Origin: Bugula neritina
Taxonomy: Eukaryota > Animalia > Bryozoa
Direction of reading: 5' to 3'
Assembly (NCBI GenBank): GCA_964035545.1
Contig: OZ037765.1
Coordinates: 17,670,995 to 17,734,994 of the forward strand
Length of the DNA stretch: 64,000 nt
Positions 55,501-64,000 of the stretch are shown piece after piece. Position 1 is the stretch's first letter. The number at the start of each line of letters is the position of its first letter. Made by a program: the position numbers and the translations under genes. Below the pieces are notes generated by a model. That model was not told where the DNA came from and did no database searches. It worked only from the letters and a program-made list of their open reading frames with translations.

Positions 55501-57277
55501 ACTCAACTAGAAACATAGTAAATCATGTACACCTGTCTAACTTGCAAATACTACAATCTTCTTAATTAGGTAGCTGAGGAGTTGACTGTTGAAGCAATTG
55601 AAATAACACATGTGGAGTGTATTTAATATTAATAACTTTGATTTTAGACGAAATCATTACACATACTTGGAATTAAATATTTGAAGTATGACTAAGAGGT
55701 TATATTTCTGTATAACCACAAACTGCTTTATAAAGAGCAGAAATATCACAATATGAACTATGTTTAAACAACTTTAACAATTATTACTAATTTATAACTG
55801 TGTGAGAGTTCTTGTTTTACAGTTTCAAGCTAGTTTAATAAAGTTGGTCAGAAAATTAAGGCACTATAAATGATAAAACCAAACAAACTGAGTTGGAATA
55901 ATTTAAATATTCATTTAATATTCAATTACCAATAAGAAAATTTAAGATCTGCATACTGTATCCAATATAAACTTTACAATAAAAAACGTTGCAATAATTG
56001 TCCAATTAACCTCTTCGACTTGTAAAAAATATTGATATCTCGATGAACTATATTTCACAACAGTTCATACTGTACATTCTACTTGCAATGCACGCTGGGT
56101 AAAATGGGTGAATCTAAAGTTTTTACGATACCAAAAATTACAAACACACCTGCTTTTGGAGGGCCTCTGGACTGTTCAACATTAACTCCACAATTTGTGT
56201 TCTGATTAAATCTCTGTCTTCTTGATGAATCCGATCATTTAGATCATCAACCTGTATTAACATTACTATCAATATGAAAAAGATAATATACCACCAGTGG
56301 GGTCTGAACTATTGGAGTAGTTCCTAACTGTTCTATTAGACCAAATCTTAAAAAGAAAGACTGCCTAGTGAGTTACACAATCCAATAACCGAAAGAGGCC
56401 TCTGTGTAGTGTGGAGAGAGCTTTTAATGTGCCAACTATTCAGCTTACCTTTTGAAATGATTTGACTTTTTACTAAGTAAAGGTAGATGTAAGGTAGAGG
56501 TAAAGCTAGTAGTAAGGTAGAGCTTTTGACAGCAACCTTTATACCATAAAAAGTTGTCGCTAGCAAAATTTGTGCATTCTATAAGGAACAGAGTAACAAC
56601 TTTAATGCTGCACTTGTAAACTTGTGATTACAGTGAATTTCATAACGATATATGCACACAATCAGGGTACATCAGTTCTGAAGATAGTTGTGCATTTAAA
56701 CATCTGATTGTGCAAAATGTATTGTTTCAATAGTTATTAGTTAACTTGAAATAGTGGTGGCTAAAAATGACCATGTTTTTTGACAATATTTTAATTTGGA
56801 CAGACGTTAAAGGGTTTTACTTTTGAATAATAGAATTTAAATTTCGCCATCCTACAAAAACATATACTTTTAATTATATATATATTATATCCAACACATA
56901 TATTCACAGTTTGACTACTGACTAACTTGACTAATTTTACTTTAATACAAATAAGTTAAGACAAATTAAATAATACACACATAAACTAACATATATTTAA
57001 CAGGTGGTCAAAAATATTATAATATTCACTACTGTAATTCACTTACCACTCGCCAATTACGCTTTACGAAGTTTTTAAAAGTAATGGCTGCACTTGTACG
57101 AATATGCATAGCTGTCTCATTACTGTTGACCAACATGAGTAGCAGAAGTGCATAGTTTTTATTGCCTTCTACCGACTCTAAATATTTCTCTGCCGTACGC
57201 CTGGCGAGTGCCTCATGACCAAGGGTTTGTTGAAGGTAATTGGATAATGCTTGAAGGTTGTCTGCATTCAGTTCCAT
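40508..57277 (-). CDS. CSE1L: Exportin-2 / CSE1L (CAS; importin-alpha export receptor), 22 coding exons, about 968 aa
   Basis: Exons: 57277-57047, 56251-56150, 55506-55361, 54856-54766, 54537-54430, 53981-53889, 50880-50713, 50575-50446, 49695-49630, 49282-49080, 48756-48610, 47996-47860, 47552-47351, 46973-46823, 46438-46242, 45909-45812, 45508-45423, 45002-44921, 42670-42521, 42377-42283, 40899-40766, 40597-40508 (2907 nt, in phase). Motifs: MELNADNLQALSNYLQQTL...AEKYLESVEGN...FKNFVKRNW (importin-beta N-terminal domain), QDLPEFFEDNM, FEDNPEEYIRRDIEGSDVDTRRRAACDLV, NPSKPHFNHYLFE, EFIPYVFQ. Confidence 0.97.
43230..43997. mobile_element. Non-autonomous TIR element with TTAA TSD, Kolobok-like, 768 bp, in a CSE1L intron
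   Basis: Perfect 16-bp TIR aggattgctctatctt / aagatagagcaatcct; TTAA at 43226-43229 and 43998-44001. Purine (AG) termini favour Kolobok over piggyBac (CC termini). Confidence 0.82.
45003..45422 (-). other. CSE1L: Non-canonical GC-AG intron in CSE1L
   Basis: ...TTT GTA AAA G|GCAAGT...cag|GA ATG CTG; required to keep the conserved TTKFVKGMLTF frame. Confidence 0.88.
51861..53632 (-). mobile_element. Tc1 (DD34E) transposon, 1772 bp, with a disrupted transposase, in a CSE1L intron
   Basis: Perfect 26-bp TIRs cagtgctgtgaaaaagtttaaggacg with TA TSD. Fragments: HTH...RSGRPR (53187-52978) and EDDNAPCH...WSAQSQDLNPI (52583-52392; 34 residues between D and the E position). Multiple stops and frameshifts. 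Confidence 0.95.
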
Positions 57278-57382
57278 TTTCAATATGACTCTGCTACTAT
57301 CTAAAATTAACCGGTTTTAAAAATGTTCATATTTCAAGTACCAAAAACTTAAAACTATTATAAAATTGTGAAAATTAATTAC

Positions 57383-57432
57383 CAGAACACAATAGCCCAA
57401 TGCAAGGTTTTCCAAGAAAAACTGTATATTGG
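57383..57432 (-). other. CSE1L: Putative internal 5' UTR exon of CSE1L
   Basis: Minus strand reads tttgtctttttgtag|...gtgttctg|gtaatt; an 82-nt intron leads to the acceptor at 57301-57302 upstream of the ATG exon. Confidence 0.5.
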
Positions 57433-59087
57433 CTACAAAAAAGACAAATGAGCTCGCAAAGAAATTTATGATTATATATTGCTAGATGCAACTAGAAAAA
57501 TAGCCAATCCCAATATAAGTTTAAAAGTATATTACCATATATATGCCCATAACTAAATTCTATAAAAATAAATTTATGAAAAAACTTTTACAAATTGACT
57601 GAGAGTTGTCATCTTAGTTACAAAAATAGTATAATTGTGCAGCTATAGGTAAAGAACGCTTCAACTTAATAAATTATGATGGACAGCATGAAAAACTTGC
57701 AATCTGTAATCGTGCTACATAAATAGCTCAAGAGTAATAGAAAACACTTTTTTTTACAAAATGCTACATGGTAATAACTTTTTTTACATAAGATTTCTTT
57801 CAAAACTTCAACTCAAGTGAAATAAAAGATTGATTGATAAATGATACCAAATTTTTCAACACTATTAAGTAAAATGTTGTTTTCATTATTACATCGTATT
57901 ATTATAGCCACCTTATGCGTGTGCCCTAAAAAAGGCAATTCCCAATAAATTTTTCAGAAAAATTGGTTTTTGGAAGTGCATATTGACAATAAAAGTGTAT
58001 ATTCAAAAATTCAAAGATTCAATATACCTGAAATTGCAATTTTAAATAATATTTGCTTTTGTTAATTTGAAGATTCCAAGATTGAGAAAAAGCTGCTAAT
58101 TAATAGAGCTGCTATGCTAAAATTAACAGCGAATAACGAATAACTTCAAACCAAATTGTTAGCTATTTTTATTGCTAATTTGATATATAACTTTGTAGAA
58201 CCTGTTGAGAATCTTGAACCTTTAAAATGTATTCAGGTTAAAGCTTAAAGCTTTAATAAAAGTAAATTTAGACTAAAATTTGAAATACCCATTTTAAAAC
58301 CAAACTAAAATTAAATTTACAAAAAAAAATCAACGAAAAATAAAACATAAACATACTATTTCACGAGCATTACATTTACTGTCACTATAAATATAACCAT
58401 ACGTAAAACTAATACTGGTAGTAAAACTCCAAGACAAAGCAAAAGTTTAACTTGGAGTAAAACTGAAAGCAAATAAAAACGTACTGGCAATCAAGCACTA
58501 TCACTATGCTATAGTGCTACTTTATATTTTATAGTGATAGTCCATAACTAAAAATACAACTAATAACTATAAGTTTAAATGTCCATTATTATTATGATAA
58601 ATGATATAATTGGAATTCAAATTGAATATCACTATTACTATACTATATGAATATCTGGTATAATTAAAAATATTATTACAATTATATTATGTTGTAGTTA
58701 TACTAATTTTACTTCTAGGTAATGTTACTGTTATACTAATAAATAGTTATACTAATATTAAATTTAATTTAAATTATACTTATAGTAATGACTGTAATGT
58801 AAGTGATGTACCAATGATTAACTAAGTCTAATAGTAATAGTAATACTAATACCCAAGTTGATGCTATTGCTATTAGTACGTACTGTATTAGTTTTACTTC
58901 AACAGCATCAGTACGAGTACGAGCACGAGCATAACCATCACTATCATCATTAGTATGAGTATGACTAAGAGTATGCTGCATCAGTATGAGTATTAGAATT
59001 ACTATTAGTTTGATTAAGTATTACATTTAAAACAACATTTACTTTTACAATTACTCTAAGTTTATTACTATTAGTATTACTAATACT

Positions 59088-61786
59088 CATCAGTACGTAT
59101 GCCCCAACTATGTGTCACCCAGAAGAAGACACTGGCCGCTTTTATCAGCAATTGTAAGAAACCATCAACACCTGTCGCACGGATAAACTCATAATACTAG
59201 GTGATTTCAACGCTCGTGTTGGGTCTGACAATGGATCCTGGCTTGAAGCTCTTGGTGTCCATGGATTGGGCAAGTGTAATCGGAATGGAGAAAAGCTGTT
59301 GACATTCTGTACTGAGAATAGTCTCATTATCACCAATACTCTGTTCAAAATTCTGGACATTTGGAAAACAACTTGGATACATCTGAGATCTAAGCACTGG
59401 CACCAAATTGATTTCACCATCACGAGACAAAAGGACAGAAATGACTAGGTCTATGAGAGGTGCAAACTGTAGCACTGACCACCAACTTCTAAGATCAACA
59501 GTAAACATGGCTTTTAAGAAGTCCTTTCTCATACAACCTATAAAAGTCTACTCAAAAATAAATCTCAACAGTCTCAAGTGCCTAGTCAAAAGATCAGAAT
59601 TTGATAATGCATTAACCAAAGAACTTACGGAGAAAAAAGTGCTCATAGACAGTAGTGTTGAGACCACCTGGTGCAAACTACGCGACACATTACTAGGTGT
59701 GTCATTGGCTACACTTGGAACAAACAAACGCAAGCATCAAGAATGGTTCGACGAAAACGATCTTGAAATTCAGCAGCTTCTGGCAGATAGGAACAAGACT
59801 CGGGATAAGCTACTCTCTAGTAGGGCAACTCGTGCAAATAAAGCCATACACCGTGAAGCTTGTCGCCGACTCCAACTAAAAACCAGAGAACTGAAAACCG
59901 CCTGGTGGAAATCCAAAGCGGGACAGCTACAGCTACTTGCTGACACAAACAACACTAGAGCTTTCTATAACAGCCTGAAAGCAGTTTGGGGCATCACCAC
60001 CAGACACACAATCCAAATCAATGCTAAGATGGAACCACCCTGACAAAGGAAAAGGATATCCTAAACAGATGGGCAGAACATTTCAATGATTTTCTCAATG
60101 AGTCCCGTGCTGTGTCAGCAGAAGTCATCACCAGAATCAAAAACATACCAACTGCTCATGAATTGGAGGCAGAACCTGACTTCCTAGAAGTGGACAACGC
60201 AATTAACGCACTAGCCAACAACAAAGCACCGGGTAACAATCAAATTCCTGGTGAAATATTGAAACAAGGTGGCACATCTCTGAAAGAGGCATTGTGGGAA
60301 ATCATATGTAGAGTTTGGAGAAGTGGTACAATTCCTAAAGACTGGAGAGACACTGCCATGATAACTATATTTAAAAAAGGTGATCGACGCGACTGTGGTA
60401 ACTACCGTGGTATCTCCCTGCTATCAATCCCTGGTAAGGTCATGGCAAGAACTTTGCTTAACCGGATAAATCATCACACTGAAACTACTATTCTGCCAAA
60501 AACCCAATGCAGTTTCCAAGCTGAGAAGAGTACGGTGGATATGATTTTCACATTAAAGCAAGTGCAAGAAAAATGTAGAGAACAGCAAAGACCTTTGTAC
60601 GCTGTGTTCATAGACTTTACCAAAGCATTTGACACTGTTAGCAGAGAGACACTGTGGATCATCCTTGGAAGATACGGTGTTCCATCACACTTGATTAAGC
60701 TGATCCAGCAGTTCCATATTGGGATGGAAGCACATATATCAAGCAAAAGCCAGCTGTCACCACCATTTGCCGTCAATAATGGAGTAAAGCAAGGCTGTGT
60801 TCTTGCGCCTACATTATTTAGCATATACCTCGCGGCGGTACTTGACGAAGCATTCTCCGACACTACCCAGAGTATCTATTTGCAAACCAGACCTTGTGCT
60901 AATCTATTCAACTTCGCTTTTTTTTAAATCTAAGAGTCGTACACAATTGACTACGCTTCGTAAATTGATGTATGTGGATGACACAGCACTAACAGCACAC
61001 AGCTTGGAGGATATGCAAGTGGTTACATCACGCTTTGCTAAAGCTGCCCATGACTTTGGATTGTGTATAAATATGTGTACAACAGAGGTCATGTACCAAC
61101 CATGTGCACATACAACTGAAAAATCTGACAATATCCAAATTGAAGACCAACGGCTTGAGAATGTAAGCAGGTTTACATACCTTGGGAGCACGATTACCCA
61201 TGACGGAAGTTTAGACACTGAACTACAAACTAGAATGTGTAAAGCTTCAGTTGCATTTGGGCAACTTAGAGAAAAACTATGGAACAACAATGATGTGACA
61301 ATCAGAGTGAAATGTCAAGTCTACAGAGCTATTGTTCTGACCACCTTACTTTACGGCTCTGAGACTTGGACGCTGTACAAATCCCAAGTTAGAAAACTTA
61401 ACAGCTTTATGATGAAGCAGTTAAGGTCCATCATGAAAGTTGAATGATGGCAAAAAATCTCTAACACTGAAATTCTGCAACGTGCAAAGTTAGCACCGAT
61501 ATGTGATCAAGTAATAATTCGCAACCTTAAATGGGTAGGTCACATTGCGCGTATGGATGAACATCGACTACCCAAGCAGACGCTATTCTCCCAACTGGTG
61601 TCTGACCATAGAAAACGAGGACGTCCTAAGTTAAGATATAAAGACACCATCAAGAGACACCTCAAAGAGAAGGGTATTTATGTCAACAATTGGTACAACT
61701 TGGCGCAAAACAGAACTCTGTGAAGAAAGTTGAAATATCGTCAGTCGTAGTCGTTTTTGACTGACTGCTTAGTGAGTGAGTGAGTG
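59088..61786 (+). mobile_element. 5'-truncated RTE-clade non-LTR retrotransposon (AP endonuclease plus reverse transcriptase), inactivated
   Basis: EN motifs ISTYAPT and LIILGDFNARVG. RT motifs KKGDRRDCGNYRGISLLS, FIDFTKAFDTV, GVKQGCVLAPTLF, YVDD, FTYLGS, LLYGSETW. C-terminal RGRPKLRYKD. 3' stem-loop and (AGTG)n tail. 12-bp TSD attactaatact at 59076-59087 and 61787-61798. Frameshifts and stops present. Confidence 0.95.
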
Positions 61787-61842
61787 ATTACTAATACTAT
61801 TATTATTAGTAGTATTAACATTAGTATCACTTATGACCTACA

Positions 61843-62146
61843 CAGTGTTTGGTGAAAATGGCACCGGTAAACATGGCACAAATGGCAAAGCAGATAAAAA
61901 TGGCACATTTTCAATATTTGGGTTTAGGGTGGGATTGGGTGTTTCGAATGGGGGTTTAGGAATGGGGATTTGAGTTTGGGAATGGGGATTTGAGTTTGGG
62001 GTTTTGGAAAATTTAACGTCAGTGAGCCATTTTTTCCTATTTTTCCATTTGTGCTCTTATTAACGGTGCCATTATTACTTGTGCTATTTTTACCATGCCA
62101 CTTTTACCTGTGTCATTTTTACTGTTGCTATTTTTACCTAAAATCG
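61843..62146. mobile_element. Foldback-like non-autonomous element with inverted 15-bp subrepeats and a G-rich spacer
   Basis: Left arm ggt(a/g)aaaatggcac-type units; right arm gtg(c/t)(c/t)atttttacc-type units in inverse orientation; spacer gggtttagggtgggattggg...; no TSD identified. Confidence 0.6.
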
Positions 62147-63119
62147 AAAGTTTACATTATTAGTCTTACTCTTAGACATTAGTATTACATTTAGTGATTT
62201 ACTATAACTATTATTTCTACTAGTATAAGTCATGATTTTTACTATCCACTATTTATATGACTGTCACTAGTTCTATAAACTAACTTTAAGTTTAAGCTTT
62301 AGTTTAGGCACGGCACATCACGACCATTTTCATTTTGATTCACCTTCACTTTGAGCATCACTCATAGTCATTGCCATTGTGATTGTGGTTTAGTGATTCA
62401 GATTGTTACACTAAATCTGAATTTCATTGACAAGAATATTCATTCAATTAGTAATTGTGATGCTCAAAGTGAAAATGAATCATTGTCACACACCGACACT
62501 GTGACTGTTAGAGTGACTCAGGATGTCATTGTGATTGTGGCTGAAATTGTCAGTGAGTTGAAGTATCAGTATGATTCTCTCCAAGTTCTAACTCTAAGAC
62601 AAAAGTCTAAACCTTAACCTAAGTCAAAGTGCAAGTGGTGAGTGGTGGTGTAACTGTAAGGCCGAAGGCGTAAGCAAAATCAAATTGAAAAACGGCTAAT
62701 ACTAACTGTCTAACACTAATACTAATAGTAAAACTAAATGTAATACTTACACTGTAGTATTAGTATAAGTATAACCATAAGTATAACTATAAGTATTACT
62801 ATTAGTATTACTGTTAGTGTTAGAGTTAGCATTACTATTACTATTAGTATTAATCTATTAGTATTATTATTAGATTTACTTATGATTTAGTATAAAATTA
62901 AAATCAAAATGAAAAAGTCAAAATGAAAATGGTAGTGAACTGTGAAACTGAATGCAAGGACAAAAATATGATCTTTGAGTTCTATCACTTTTAGTTTTAT
63001 TGAGCGGTTAAATATATTATTCTTTCGGTTATTACTTCCTACACTCTTTTCATATTAATATTATAACGTTAATCGTATGCATCATTATGATTAGCATGAG
63101 CCATGAGGTTACAATTTCA

Positions 63120-63720
63120 ATTTGTGCTGTGATTGGGATTATAAGGCCAGCGAGCCACAATTCTCGCGCGCGTTATAACTAGGCAGGTGAAAGCAGCGCA
63201 ATTTCTGACTGTGCGGTTAGAACAACAGTGCCGAGTTTAGAATAGCACTAAAGTGTGCTTCTCGAACAAGACATCGACCATGTAAGGCTAGAGCAGGTGC
63301 GATTATATATTTTTTAGATCGTAAGGCCAAAAAGACGCCAAAGTATTGAACGTTTTCGCCAAACCAGTCGAACTTCTGCTGATTGGCGGGTAAAAATATT
63401 CGGACTAACTTTCTTCTGTCATGAAGTGCAACCAATCATCACGCACCATTGACGCCATTGCTTTATTAAGGTCAACTCATTTCCGCTCCAAGTAGCTCAC
63501 GGTAGTACCCTCAAAAACTGAATAAATTTTCATTCACCATTGACATTGTAATTCAAAGGCGGTCTTGCGTGATATAGTCAATCCTGTGGGTGTGTTCTGC
63601 ATATTATATTTACAGCAGTATTGTTTCAGTTTAATATCATCATAATTTTATTTTACAAATTGAAAATGTAACACTAGCCCTACCCCTACTCCGGTACTCG
63701 GGCATTCCTACGGCTACTGT
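63120..63720. promoter_or_regulatory. CpG-rich putative promoter region, possibly the CSE1L TSS and/or that of a neighbouring gene
   Basis: Many CpGs (e.g. ctcgcgcgcg), CCAAT at about 63432, minus-strand donor-like GTGAGC at about 63500, and the same flanking periodic tracts as the DDX6/UBR5 promoter. Confidence 0.4.
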
Positions 63721-64000
63721 CCTATGCCTAGCTAATACTAGTAGCTACTGCTACTAATAGTAGACGCAGTACTAGTAGTAGTACTTGCACTACGTCTACC
63801 TGTAGTCCATCTAGACTCTAGTTCTACAGCTAGTAACTTTGATCATTATGATTATGATTAATTTTAAATTTAATGATAGTTTAACTTTAAGTTATGATAC
63901 TCATACTCATACTGATACTGTGATAGTGAAACTGAATGATACTGATAGTAATACTAATAGTAATATAATTAAATTTAATAATTAATATTATTAACTGAAA

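Noticed and set aside
56295-56345. Small imperfect hairpin in a CSE1L intron as a pre-miRNA
   Set aside because: Stem too short and too mismatched.
4401-57277. U12-type (minor) introns
   Set aside because: No (G/A)TATCCTT donor at any reconstructed junction.
62351-62617. 88-aa ORF MSITHSHCHCDCG...
   Set aside because: Non-ATG start, alternating-residue pattern from the 6-bp periodic tract, and no recognisable domain.

Overview
AT-rich, intron-dense genomic DNA from an invertebrate animal; the taxon cannot be assigned from this window. Three conserved housekeeping genes are present: (1) the 5' part of DDX6/Me31B (minus strand, runs off the window start); (2) a complete 49-exon UBR5/EDD/hyd HECT E3 ligase (plus strand, 4401-34643, about 2856 aa by my manual splicing), head-to-head with DDX6; (3) a complete 22-coding-exon CSE1L/exportin-2 (minus strand, 57277-40508, about 968 aa) with one GC-AG intron. 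Mobile elements: a tRNA-headed SINE with a 19-bp target-site duplication (TSD), Tc1/pogo-like, Harbinger-like and Kolobok-like non-autonomous elements, a decayed DD34E Tc1 with perfect terminal inverted repeats (TIRs), a hAT relic, a 5'-truncated RTE LINE and a foldback-like element. The least-explained signals are drifting 3/6-bp periodic tracts confined to promoter-proximal regions, a cryptic multi-exon plus-strand unit with no intact ORF between UBR5 and CSE1L, and the shared promoter of two genes linked to miRNA silencing. I found no clearly novel protein-coding system. Most short ORFs in the track are exon fragments, antisense shadows or repeat artefacts. Homology calls rest on my recall of motifs, not on database searches.
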